A stretch of DNA of 64,000 nucleotides from Octopus vulgaris. Lineage: Eukaryota. Below are positions 23,673-37,163 of the stretch, piece by piece (within the stretch, counting starts at the first letter, position 1; every line of letters begins with the position of its first letter). The position numbers were made by a program, and so were the translations under genes. Under the pieces are notes generated by a model, which was not told the origin of the DNA, did not search any database, and was given only the letters and a program-made list of their open reading frames with translations. The stretch lies in NCBI GenBank assembly GCA_951406725.2, contig OX597821.1:20832001-20896000 (forward strand), written 5' to 3'.

Positions 23673-25869
23673 CTTCCACACATTCTCCACACATTCACAC
23701 ATTCTCCACATTCTCACATTCTCCACATTCTCACATTCTCCACACATTCTCACATTCTCCACATTCTCACATTCTCCACACATTCTCACATTCTCCACAT
23801 TCTCACATTCTCCACATTCTCACATTCTCCATACATTCTCACATTTTCCACACATTCTCACATTCTCCACACATTCTCACATTCTCCACATTCTCACATT
23901 CTCCACACATTCTCACATTCTCCACATTCTCACATTCTCCACACATTCTCACATTCTCCACATTCTCACATTCTCCACATATTCTCACATTCTCCACATT
24001 CTCACATTCTCCACACATTCTCACATTCTCCACATTCTCACATTCTCCACACATTCTTACATTCTCCACATTCTCACATTCTCCACACATTCTCACATTC
24101 TCCACATTCTCACATTCTCCACACATTCTCACATTCTCCACATTCTCACATTCTCCACACATTCTCACATTCTCCACATTCTCACATTCTCCACACATTC
24201 TCACATTCTCCACATTCTCACATTCTCCACACATTCTTACATTCTCCACATTCTCACATTCTCCACACATTCTCACATTCTCCACATTCTCATATTCTCC
24301 ACACATTCTCACATTCTCCACATTCTCACCTTCTCCACACATTCTCACATTCTCCACATTCTCACATTCTCTACACATTCTCACATTCTTCACATTCTCA
24401 CATTCTCCACACATTCTCACATTCTCCACATTCTCACATTCTCCACACATTTTCACATTCTCCACATTCTCACATTCTCCACACATTCTCACATTCTCCA
24501 CATTCTCACATTCTCCACACATTCTCACATTCTCCACATTCTCACATTCTCCACACATTCTCACATTCTCCACATTCTCACATTCTCCACACATTCTCAC
24601 ATTCTCCACATTCTCACATTCTCCACACATTCTTACATTCTCCACATTCTCACATTCTCCACACATTCTCACATTCTCCACATTCTCATATTCTCCACAC
24701 ATTCTCACATTCTCCACATTCTCACATTCTCCACACATTCTCACATTCTCCACATTCTTACATTCTCCACATTCTCACATTCTCCACACATTCTCACATT
24801 CTCCACATTCTCACATTCTCCACATTCTCACATTCTCCACACATTCTCACATTCTCCACATTCTCACATTCTCCACATATTCTCACATTCTCCACATTCT
24901 CACCTTCTCCACACATTCTCACATTCTCCACACATTCTCACATTCTCCACATTCTTACATTCTCCACATTCTCACATTCTCCACACATTCTCACATTCTC
25001 CACATTCTCACATTCTCCACACATTCTCACATTCTCCACACATTCTCACATTCTCCACATTCTCACATTCTCCACACATTCTCACATTCTCCACATTCTC
25101 ACATTCTCCACACATTCTCACATTCTCCACACATTATCACATTCTCCACACATTCTCACATTCTCCACATTCTCACATTATCCACACATTCTCACCTTCT
25201 CCACACATTCTCACATTCTCCACATTCTCACATTCTCTACACATTCTCACATTCTTCACATTCTCACATTCTCCACACATTCTCACATTCTCCACATTCT
25301 CACATTCTCCACACATTTTCACATTCTCCACATTCTCACATTCTCCACACATTCTCACATTCTCCACATTCTCACATTCTCCACACATTCTCACATTCTC
25401 CACATTCTCACATTCTCCACACATTCTCACATTCTCCACATTCTCACATTCTCCACACATTTTCACATTCTCCACATTCTCACATTCTCCACACATTCTC
25501 AAATTCTCCACATTCTCACATTCTCCACACATTCTCACATTCTCCACATTCTCACATTCTCCACACATTCTCACATTCTCCACATTCTTACATTCTCCAC
25601 ATTCTCACATTCTCCACACATTCTCACATTCTCCACATTCTCACATTCTCCACATTCTCACATTCTCCACACATTCTCACATTCTCCACATTCTCACATT
25701 CTCCACACATTCTCACATTCTCCACATTCTCACATTCTCCACACATTCTCACATTCTCCACATTCTCACATTCTCCACACATTCTCACATTCTCCACATT
25801 CTCACATTCTCCACACATTCTCACATTCTCCACATTCTCACATTTTCCACACATTCTCACATTCTCACA
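23673..25869. repeat. 2.2-kb minisatellite of 17- and 19-bp units (TTCTCACATTCTCCACA[CA]), mostly alternating as a 36-bp dimer
   Basis: Direct reading; no G on the + strand across the array. Confidence 0.98.
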
Positions 25870-26060
25870 GAAGACCCTTTCTATATTTGACGTCCTTTAA
25901 TATTTAGCAGCTCGTTTATCATTCCATTTTCATTATTCGATTTCACTATTTTTTAGCCTTTTAATGAGTCAATCTTTATTTTGGTCTTAAATGCTCAATG
26001 TGTGTTTATCTACATGCTTTTGATTACTCATTCCACATGTTTTCCTTCAAACCACTCATA

Positions 26061-26272
26061 CTCTTTTCTCTTCTACTTGTTTCAGTCATTTGACTGCGGC
26101 CATGCTGGAGCACCGCCTTTAGTGGAACAAATCGAACCCGGGATTTATTCTTTGTAAGCCCAGTACTTATTCTATCTTTTTCGTTTGCCGAACCGCTAAG
26201 TGACGGGGACGTAAACACACCAGCATCGGTTGTCAAGCAATGCTAGGGGGACAAACACAGACACACAAACAT

Positions 26273-26321
<49 letters not shown>

Positions 26322-26445
26322 TACGACAGGCTTCTTTCAGTACTTATTCTATCGGTCTCTTTTGCCGAACCGCTAAATGATGGGGACGTAAACACACCAG
26401 CATCGGTTGTCAAGCAATGCTCGGGGGACAAACACAGACACACAA

Positions 26446-26539
<94 letters not shown>

Positions 26540-26706
26540 GTAGGACAGGCTTCTTTCAGTTTCCCTCTACCAAATCCACTCACAAGGCATCGGTCGGCCC
26601 GGGGCTATAGCAGAAGACACATGCCCAAGATGCCACGCAGTGGGACTGAACCCGGAACCATGTGGTTGGTAAACAAGCTACTTACCACACAGCCACTCCT
26701 ACGCCT
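26061..26706 (-). mobile_element. tRNA-derived SINE (family A) with internal tandem duplication
   Basis: The segment CAGTACTTATTCTATC...GACAGGCTTCTTT occurs twice (~26161-26337 and ~26338-26557). Confidence 0.9.
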
Positions 26707-27495
26707 CATATGAAACAAAGACACAGTCATCACACAAACATACGCACCAACTAACGCACAAACCACAAAGGAAGACATACACAGACGCACACGTATATAC
26801 GAGGGGAAAAAAAGAGAGAAAGAGCATGTCAAAAACTCGGGAATGATCCATACTTTCAAATCTGTGTACATAGAATTCTTCAGTAGATCATAAAACATAT
26901 TGAAATACATAAATCCAACTTGGATTAACGTATAGGCTTACGATTTCTGACCTTATAGGAATGATTTAAATAAAGAATTGTTGCTACGTAACCGTATTTG
27001 AAGTAATATTGATTAACAATATAAAGTAACGACCACTGATTACATATTGTAAGTTGAAGCACAGTCTAAATTATTTTTACGTTATCGAGCATTGGTGTGT
27101 GTGTGTGCGTGTGTGCGTGTGCATATGAGTGTGTGCGAGAGTGAGTGTGAGTGTGTGTGTGTGTGCAATCAATTGCAGAGGCCTTTTTCTTGGTAAATAT
27201 TTATTCATGAAAGCATCGTGGTAGTTTCATTTGACAATACGTTTATTGTTCTATGCCTCATTAGTCTCCTTTCTAACTTTTTTACTCGCTATCGTTTAAT
27301 ATATTCTACATTTTCCATGTTTTAAATAATTGTTTTCTCACGCTTTTGAGTATGCAGTTTTAATTCTCCTTTCAGCTCTCTCGCTTTAAGTGTTTCAATG
27401 TAGGATGAGATTGCTTACTGGAAGATAGTTTTCTAGGATCAGTTATTGAATACATCAGAATCATGTTTGGTATATATATATATATATATACATAT

Positions 27496-28590
27496 ATCCG
27501 GTTTTTGTATTTGAAAGGACGCACACCACGGGAGACTTTTGATGAAATGAAAGTAACTTATGGTGATGATGCCCCATCATATGACCTTGTAAAACGCTGG
27601 CATCGTGAATTCAAACATGGTCGGAACTCTGTGGAAACAGCTCCCAGATCTGGTCGCCCCCTTCTGCCATTGATGAGGCATCTGTCCGTCAAGTTGAGGC
27701 TGCCATTTTGGAAGATCGACGCATAATTATTCGCTAAATAGCCCATGAGGTCAAGATTAGTACTGAGTCTGTGGAAACTATCATTCATGACCATTTGCAT
27801 ATGCAAAAGGTGTCTGCCAGATGGATTCCCAGGTTGCTCACGCCTTTCCAGAAGCAAGAACGCGTCGAGTCCTCGAGGGTGGATTTGGAGATGTGCCAAG
27901 AAGATGAGTCAAAAGTTTTCAAAAGACTGATTACACTGGATGAAACCTGGGTCCATCACGATAATGCAGAGACCAAAGCCCAGTCAATGCAGTTGAAGCA
28001 CCGTGACTCACCCCCTCCAAAGAAGGCAAGGGAGCAGCCCTCCGCTGGCAAGGTCATGCACACAGTCTTCTGGGACCAGGACGGAGTAGTGATGACAGAT
28101 TTCTTGGCAAAGGGTACCACAATTGCAGGAGCCTATTATGCTTCACTTTTGAGGAAATTAAGATAAGTTTTCAAAATCAAGAGGTGGGGCAAGATCAGCA
28201 AAGGCATCCGCCTCCTGCAGGACAACGCTCCGTCCACAACTCGCTTGTCGCCAGATCAGAAGCACAGGCGTATGGCTATGAACTCCTCCCCATTCCCCCT
28301 ACTTTCCTGACCTTGCATCCTCTGATTTTCACCTCTTCCCAATCATGAAGTTGTTTTTGAAAGGAAAGCGTTTCCCAGATGATGCAGCCTTGATTTCTGA
28401 AGTCACGTTGAGGTTGGAGGACCAAGCTGGGGTCTTCTACAAAAACGGTCTCCAGAGCCGCATCAAACGATGGGAGAAATGCGTAACTCTGGGTGGTTCC
28501 TATGTAGAAAAAGACTAATAACTGTGCCAAGTTTCGTTGCTCTACTGCTATGGGAAGTGGGTCAGGGCATTACTTATTGAACGCCCCTCA
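27496..28590 (+). mobile_element. 5'-truncated mariner, same family as 17520-18812, frameshifted
   Basis: Begins at ATCCGGTTTTTG (IRFL) next to (TA)n; 3' TIR ...TTATTGAACGCCCCTCA|TA; stops and frameshifts. Confidence 0.95.
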
Positions 28591-28591
28591 T

Positions 28592-28950
28592 ATATATATT
28601 AGAAGAAATGAGGTAATCAGAAGATCGGATGGTTCATATTTATAGATATTATTTATATATTACATTTTTTACATGTATATATCATATCATTCAGATTATT
28701 AGCGCTTTCTCCCATTCTAGTGGGGTTTTCAAATCAAATTAATTCCACAAAGGAATTAATTTGATTTGAAAACCCCACTAGAATAGGAGAAAGCGCTAAT
28801 AATCTGAATGATATGATCTGAATGATATGATATATATATGTAAAAAATGTAATATATAAATAAATATCTATAAATATGAACCATCCGATCTTCTGATTAC
28901 CTCATTTCTTCTAATATATAATACCTGTACATCATCTCCAAACCTTCCAC
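28592..28950 (+). mobile_element. fold-back non-autonomous element in (TA)n with UUGAAAA hammerhead-like motif
   Basis: ~155-bp inverted arms around the loop ACAAA (28747-28751); the right arm extends to 28950; motif TTGAAAA CCCC..(A/G)GGA GAAA GCGC TA at 28766-28798. Confidence 0.7.
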
Positions 28951-29237
28951 TATATATATATATATGTGTGTGTGTGTGTGAGAGAGAGATAGAGTGTGTG
29001 TTTGTTTGTGTGTATGTGTGTGTATGTATGTATATATATTCATATACATACCACAACCATATATATATATATATACATATTCATATATATTTACATATGT
29101 ATGATATATATATATTATATATGCATATATATATATATATAAATATACATATGCATATATATTTTCATATGTATATATATATATATATATATTATATATG
29201 CACACACACACATACACACACACATATATATATATAC

Positions 29238-29268
<31 letters not shown>

Positions 29269-29287
29269 CATACATACATACATAATA

Positions 29288-29375
29288 TACTTTATTTAAA
29301 GCATATTACTCTACCACTGGTATTTGAGTACTCTTTTTTCCACCTTGTTTCACATTTATGTGTTTACTCCGGTGT
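29288..29375 (+). mobile_element. 3' fragment of the element family at 37484-37756
   Basis: TAAAGCATATTACTCTACC..TGGTATTTGAGTACTC..CCACCTTGTTTCACATTTATG shared. Confidence 0.8.
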
Positions 29376-29379
29376 ATAC

Positions 29380-29436
<57 letters not shown>

Positions 29437-30114
29437 ATAATATTTATAAATATATGATGTATATAATGGATATATATATATTGTTAGATAGATGTATGTA
29501 TATATATATCGCTCTCTCTCTCTGCATATATATATATATGTGTATACACATACAGACAGGGGGGAGGCTGAGAGACAGAGAGAGATAACTACGACAAGCT
29601 TTAAAAAATAGTATACGTAACAAATTAATTTCAAATATGTATTGACAAGCAATCCGAAACACATAAAGTTTTCTTCTTTCCAAGATAACTCCTAGTGCAC
29701 ATCGTATAAAGTAACATTTGATAGATGGCAACCTTTTTAAAACCCACTGAGAAGAAAGAAATATTTTCTCTTTAAAACTAAATCATAAAAAAGAAACTTA
29801 ACTGTAACATAATCCAGTTTCCTTAATCATATAGAGATTTATGCGAGGAGATTTTTCAGGAGCCAGCACATAAATCATGCCACCGGCTTTAAACAACTTG
29901 TCAGGCAAAAGAAACAGCACAACATTATCGAAATACATATGGTGTTTAAAAATCATATGGTGTGTACAATTTAATATCAGATGTTATATACTGCCAAATG
30001 TTGCAAATATTACTGAAATACGAGAAAGTAAGTCATCCTTTACAAATCATCAGAAACCTGAACTACAATCACGAAAATAAAAACTACATAATAAATTTCA
30101 GTATTACTTTTGCG

Positions 30115-30735
30115 ATTAGAGCTGCGAGTTAGCAGAATCGTTAGCACGTCGGGGAAAATTCTGAGCTGCAATTCGTCTGTCAATACATATTGAGTTCACA
30201 TTCCACCGAAGTCGACTTTGCCTTTCATACTCTCGGACTCGATATAGTAAGTGCCACTCTAGCATTGTGGTGGATGCAATCGACTAAGCCCTACTCGGAA
30301 TTGGCTTGCCTTGTGCCAAAATTCGTAACCAATATTACTATTGAGATTAAGGTGGCGCTAGTCTTTACGTTCCGAGTTCAAAGTCCGCAGAGTTCGACGT
30401 TACCTTTCATCATTTCGGGCTAATAAAATAAGCACTATTTGAGCACTGGGGTCGATGTAATAAACTTACCACTCCTCGAAATTGCTCCCTTGTGCCAACA
30501 TTTGAGATCGATATTGCTATTGTGATTAATGCAGCGAGTTGTCAGAGATATTAGTATAACACTTGGCGGCATTTCATCTGTCTTTACGTTTTGAGTCGAA
30601 TATATACCATTGTTGACTTTGTCCTTTATCTTTCCGGGGTCGATAACATAAGGACCAGGTGAATTCTGGGGTCGATGTAATCGATTTATTCGATCCCTCG
30701 AAATTGCAAGCCTTGTGCAAAAATTTGAAAGAAAC
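30115..30735 (+). mobile_element. three head-to-tail decayed family-B SINEs
   Basis: Three iterations of TTTACGTT..GAGTT..GTCGACTTTG..GGGGTCGATGTAAT..CCTTGTGCCAAAA ending at ~30330, ~30505 and ~30730. Confidence 0.8.
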
Positions 30736-31869
30736 ATTACTTTTGAAATCGTTTAGATATAAACAACCTTAAAACGGAGAGTATATAAGTACCATGATGC
30801 ATGTGACGAAAACTGAATAGTGATATAATTAAGCTCAACATAATATGGATTTGCTCTAATTCCTCTACACATCTACTGCCATCGAAAGACTTCAGTGGAT
30901 ATGAGCAAATGGTTTCTAATTTGTAACTGAAAACAAAACGACAATCAATAAAGTTGTTAAGGATTAAAAGAAACGGGAAATTTTGAAATTACAAATATGA
31001 GCAGAACAAGAAACAGTATTAACAAAGGAAAAGAATGAAGGAATAATTTGAGGAAAATATGGATTGAAGTGAGCGTGGTCGCGTGTTGGAGGGGAAAGGA
31101 TGAAAAAGAAAAAAAAACTTTCTTGTTTACGATGACCGCGAGTTGGAGAGTGTGGCGGATGAGAAGTCAAAGAGAAAACACATGCACAAATACATATAAT
31201 TAATATGGCTGTTGTTATTGTTGTTGTTGTATTTGTTATTTCGCTTACACACAGGGATGCTAATAACTTGGAGCTAGAACTCAGTATACATATGTTTCAG
31301 AACCAAAAGTCAGTCGATTAGGGAGCAGTAACAAGGAATTAAATAAATGACTATGTAATAAGGAATTTTCATGTCTTCATTTCTTATTCGCTTATTACGC
31401 ACAGATACACATCCACACACAAGCACACACACATAGAGGAAGAAAGAGAGAAAGAGAGAGAGAGACAAAGGAAAAGAGAGGGGAAGACAGAGAGAAAAAG
31501 AGAATGTTAGAGGTAGAGAGGCGAAGAGAGAGAGAGAAAGAATGAGAGAGAAAGTATTTGTTTTAGTCCTTCTTAACTGAAGAACTTACTGAAGTGTCAA
31601 ATTCACATGATCAAATATTGGACTGTACACAACGGCAGTCACTAAGGTGGTTTGCCGAGACAGTCTAACTAGAACCTGCTACTATATGCCTATATATGTG
31701 TCTTTGTTATGTTAGTGTCGCTGTCTCCGATAGACCCATCGACATCTCTAGCGATATACTGCCGACATTTTGTAAGAATTCATTTTCACTGCAGTTCATA
31801 TTCAGAAAATAAAAGTCATTTCTTTTGTTAATATATAACAAATCTTTACTCGCGTACGCAAAAAAGACT

Positions 31870-31876
31870 GGCAGCG

Positions 31877-31936
<60 letters not shown>

Positions 31937-32173
31937 CTAGTAGTAGTGATGTTGGTGGAGTAAAGATGATGATGATGATGATGAGGTGGGGGGAAGAGAA
32001 AGGGGAGGCGGTAATGATGATGATGATGATGGTGGTGATGATGATGATGATGGTGATGATGACAGTGATGATGATGACTATGATGACGATGACGATGACG
32101 ACGACGATGATGATGATGATGGGGATAATGATGATGGTAAATGTGACTATGATGTTGTTGGTGATGTTGTTGT

Positions 32174-32208
<35 letters not shown>

Positions 32209-32430
32209 TTGATGGTGATGGTGAGGATGATAATGATGATCACAATGCTGCTGATGATGATGAGGAGGTGGAGGTGTGGTAGTTGGAGGAATTGCAGGAT
32301 GACGATGACAGTGAGGATGACCATGATCATTATGACATTGATGGCGATGACGAAGACGACGACGATGACGACGACGGCAACGATAATGATGATGATGATG
32401 ACGATGACGTGATGATAATGATGATGAGTA
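31870..32430. repeat. (AGC)/(AGT)/(GAT)n compound trinucleotide tract
   Basis: Direct reading. Confidence 0.95.
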
Positions 32431-33109
32431 TAACTGCGTAGCTGTTGACTACGAAAGGAATTATAATAGCGATGTTGAAGTTGACTCTTCTGAGGAAGTT
32501 AGTTTAAGAAATGTAGAAAGAATTAAGTGCTAATAATAATTGTAGCAACGATGACATCGACGAAGATGACGATGCATTTCACCAAGTAAAATAGCAGGTG
32601 AGAAATGCTGCAACACCTACGTGAAATGACGTCACAATTCATAAAAAATTTAAGCTGCTTCTGGTGCAGTTTATGCCATGTGGCACTCCTCCAGTGAGAT
32701 ATGTTTGAGTGTGTTTGTGTGTTTGTGTTTGTATGTGTGTGTGTGTTTGTGTGTGTGTTTTATGTTTGTGTGCATCTGTATTTGCTTTGTCGTACTTGTG
32801 TGTGTGTGCGGGTGTATAAATGTGCGTGCATCTGTATTTGGTCTGTTGTGTTTGTTTGTGTGCGTGTATGTGTGTGTGTGTATGCTGTTGGTGCATGTGG
32901 GGATACACCTTTCTGTTCGTTTCTTGGTTATCAGTAGTGTACATGTGTCTGTGTGCGTATATATATATGTATATATATGCATATATATATATATATATGT
33001 ATGTATGTATGTGTGTGTTTGTATACATGTGTGTATGTATGTATTCGATACACTGATAAATAGGCAAATAGAAGTATTATACAGACACATACATACAGGC
33101 AGACAGACA

Positions 33110-33264
<155 letters not shown>

Positions 33265-34064
33265 TGAGTGACTAAGAAGTTAGAAAGATTTTCCATTTAT
33301 TTATTAAACACGCGCAGCTCATTTCGCGCAGATACATACATATACACAGACACACCGGTGCCTTAAACCAGCCGAGAATATAAAATAAAGAAACAAATTA
33401 ATAAAAGGGACATAAAATTTCACGATTCTTTGAACAATAACATTTTACTCACGTAATCTGTCGCTACGATTTTCTATGCAGCTTTTAGCACGTCTGACTT
33501 ACCAAACTCAGCCTGTGTTTGTAACCTTGAAGACGTTTTCTAATGGGTTAATAAACTCGATGTAATAGGGGCTCAACGTGATATACTGTGTACGGATTAA
33601 GTAGAAATATTTGATTTATGTTTTGTGTAGTTCTAGGATCTTGTAGTTTTCTATTGCCTGCAGTCCATGCTTAAATGGGATTAGTGTGCCTCCGAGAATC
33701 TCCCGTATCTACTTCCTACGTTTTGTTGAATCCATTTTGCAATAGCTCAGTTGGTGTTCCCTAAATTCATTCTTCAATATGCATTAAAGAGCGAAACCAA
33801 AGGAACAAATATTTTCCCATAATCTGTAAAAGAAGTAATCAGTTTTAGAAACTGATAATTAATTTAGGTTGTCTCTGTCATAATTTTGCAGAAACTCGGA
33901 TCCTCACACCTGATGACGCCTATAATTGCAAGATAATTCAACGATCCCGGTGTATTTAGCAAATTGATTGATTGTTGACGAGATTAAATCTGTATGCGAT
34001 TTCATCTGATAATGTAATCAACCAGGAACTAAACATTTTTTGTGGGCAATATTTTGAATTATTA

Positions 34065-34160
34065 AGGCACGAGCTGGCAGAATCATTAGCGCGGTGGAGG
34101 AACTGCTTAGCGGCATTTCGTACGGCTTTACATTCTGAGTTCGAATTCTGCTGAGGTTGA
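34065..34160 (+). mobile_element. family-B SINE head fragment
   Basis: GGCACGAGCTGGCAGAATCATTAGC...TCTGAGTTCGAATTCTGCTGAGGT. Confidence 0.75.
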
Positions 34161-34229
34161 TCATGCAGCAGATCAAAATTATTATAAGAAATTTTAAAAT
34201 GCAGGAAAGCAAAAGGAAAGGGCTATTTA

Positions 34230-36100
34230 TGCAAACTTAAAAGTTCTACGTATTACCAAATTCCATAAAAGTTCAGAGGGCAATAAGTAAACAGGATATA
34301 AAATTAATAAGACTCACTGATCTTAAATTGAGACCAATAGATACAGGGCCACAATTTCCAACTCTAAGACTGAGTCGTTTTAGAGACCTTCTTCCCCAAC
34401 CAATATGCACATTAAAATACCCTGCTATATAGAAGAGGGCATAGATTTTCTCAAATTCGTCCCATCTATCGCCTCAGAAAGAACTTTCTTAACAAGGCTC
34501 AGTATTAGTAACCTTTATATTAAAATATCACACACACTGTCTGGAAGTAGTCAAGTACTGGGTCGAACAAGTGAAAACTGATTTCATCACAAAGCTATAC
34601 GTTTAATACAAGAAGAAAGGGCATGCAACTTCAATCGTAAAACATATTGGCAAATAAAGGGCACTGCAACTGCGACGAAATTTCCGCTTCTATATGCCGA
34701 TCAAGTGAAGGATTTCTTGAAAGAAACATTATGCAAGGAAGTAGAGAAAACGTTTTATCAAGATTTCAAAAGTATATTATAGAAAAGTGGAAACGCTTCC
34801 TTGATAACTATTTTATTTCAGGGGTAAATCAAATGATGTACTGCAATTATTCAATAACATTATCAACGCCCTTCATCAATATATTCCATTCATAACAGAA
34901 ACTAGCTTCTGTTCTTATACATTTACATGAAATTATGTAAATCCAAACTAACAACTGATATATGTTAAGATAGACACACAAAAATATTCTATCCTTTGAT
35001 CTTGCCAGCCCTCATACATCAAGCAGAACATTCCACATAATGTGACACAATATACTTTTGCATTGTGATTGACCAAAAATTACGATAATTTCGACTTAAT
35101 GAACTTAATGGCTTCCTATAGCTTCAAAATGCCCCCGAGAAATTAATAAACAAAGGGATTATATGAGCAGCGAACCCAGATATTGTACAACTAAGAAGGC
35201 CGAGGAAAACAGTCGAAAAAAATTCTATTCCGTTTCTCAACGAACATGATCCAGTTATGATCAACGTATTCAATGCAATAAAATCAAATCGACTAATTTT
35301 TCTGTTGCTAAGGAAACGTACAATTATGCGGAAACAACAAATTCAAGACCTTTCCACTTTATAAATGCTCAGGAGATTATACAAAATACCTGTAAGAAAT
35401 GGAAAAGCATTTTATGTAAAAAGAAAAAAAATATCAACAAAATTAAACATGTTCAAAGTATATTTATAAAAAGGTGAGGAATATTTATTAAAAGGTTACT
35501 TTTCCACATGAACCAAAGCGAGTAATCACTGCATTTTATTAATGATGATATTCATATTGCTACTCATATTACTGGAGAAATTAAGTCTTAAATAACACAC
35601 TTACAAACGCACACATTTAAAAGCCTTCCCAGTCATGTTGCGAAATATGTACCTTAAAACACCTTTTTCTTACGTCTTATTCTTCAATAAGCAGCCACAT
35701 AACAGATGATCAAATCCATGTCAGCTACTTAAAGACTAACAACAGGAATTTATTTGCAATTGATTAAATGTTTGATAAATTTTGACATGTCATCAAATCA
35801 ACCATCGAAGAGAACACCTTTTTATTTCTAAATCTTTTCATTCTTTTCAAACCAAGCTTTGTTTTAAAAATTTATCATACACTCAGGCATATGCACAGAT
35901 ACGCACACAATACACTCATTCACATATAGCTTTAAAATGACTAAGAACTATCTTGAGTAACCGCTCTCAAACATTCTTTTTCCAAAAACCCAAGTAAACA
36001 AATTGAACTACTGACCTATTTCAATTAACTGCAATCACAAATACGGGAACGATTTCCAATAGTCACGAGTCCCTGTTGGGCGCGAAAGTGCTTCCAATGT
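34230..36100 (+). pseudogene. decayed Penelope-like element (RT, GIY-YIG trace, 3' hammerhead trace)
   Basis: Broken frames give FYVLPxxHK, LRPI..GP..PTLRLSRF, IIEKWKRFLDNYF, TTDI, KQNIPHN; degenerate GTCACGA GTCC..GGGC GC GAAA GTGC TT at ~36060-36100. Confidence 0.7.
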
Positions 36101-37031
36101 AGTATTTATCAGATACTGACAACTTTCTTCTTTTCTTAATATAAAACTCCTGTACACCATTAGCAAAAAACATCTACACATATTGAATATATTTAGATAT
36201 ATTATACATACGCATATATATGTATATATGTGTGTGTGTATAAAAGTGTGTGTATATGGCGCTGTATTTCATCTTTGACATCAGCCCTTTTATGCGAGTC
36301 TGTCTTCAATAGAAACGATATTGTGTACACAAAACTGGTCAATCGCTTCAGCGTTTTAAATATTTTGAATAGATACTACTCTCTTGAATGAAAAATAAGT
36401 ACTGGCTAGAAAGCATTATTGTGTTTCTCAAAGGATCTCTATTCGCCTTGTTAATGAGAATTTCAATTGTCATAAAATAGTAGTTAGCTGTCGCGGTGGT
36501 AGTGATGATGGTAGTAGCAGCAGCAGTAGTATTTATATATATATATATATGATTTAGTAGTAAAGTATATATTAGTAGAAAATATATACATATAAATCAA
36601 GTAAAGTTAACCGCCTCATCAATACATGTTTTTACATATGTATGCGTGTGCGTGTACAATACATATTATATGTATGTATGTATATATATATAAGTAGTAT
36701 ATCTGTTACCCTTTATATATACACTTGATATATACACATACACAGACACCCACCCACACACACTCACTGACACACACAAACGCACACACACACACAAACA
36801 CACAGACACACACACGCACATATATATAAAGGTTATGATTAACATCCATGATTGAACTTCGTTCTAATGAAACTACTAGGCCTCCAGTGTGGGGATAGAG
36901 GCCGAGTTTACCAAATAGCGTCCAGTTTTTCAGCCGTGTTTTATTTTAGCAACGCTGGGAAGATGGGAGATAAAAAAGTAGACACACAGGCACAGAAGCA
37001 CATATATACACACACACACGCAGACACTAAT

Positions 37032-37095
<64 letters not shown>

Positions 37096-37163
37096 GCGTG
37101 TGGATGAATGTTTGTGTGTGTTTGTGAGCTAGTATGCCTTACAATATTTGATCAATTTGTTTC

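Noticed and set aside
23673-25869. CRISPR-like or telomeric array
   Set aside because: No unique spacers and no TTAGGG-type unit; it is a plain tandem repeat
23536-25907. 784- and 785-aa His/Ser/Thr-rich ORFs
   Set aside because: They run through a G-free minisatellite that lacks stop codons on +; open in overlapping frames, with no domain or splice evidence
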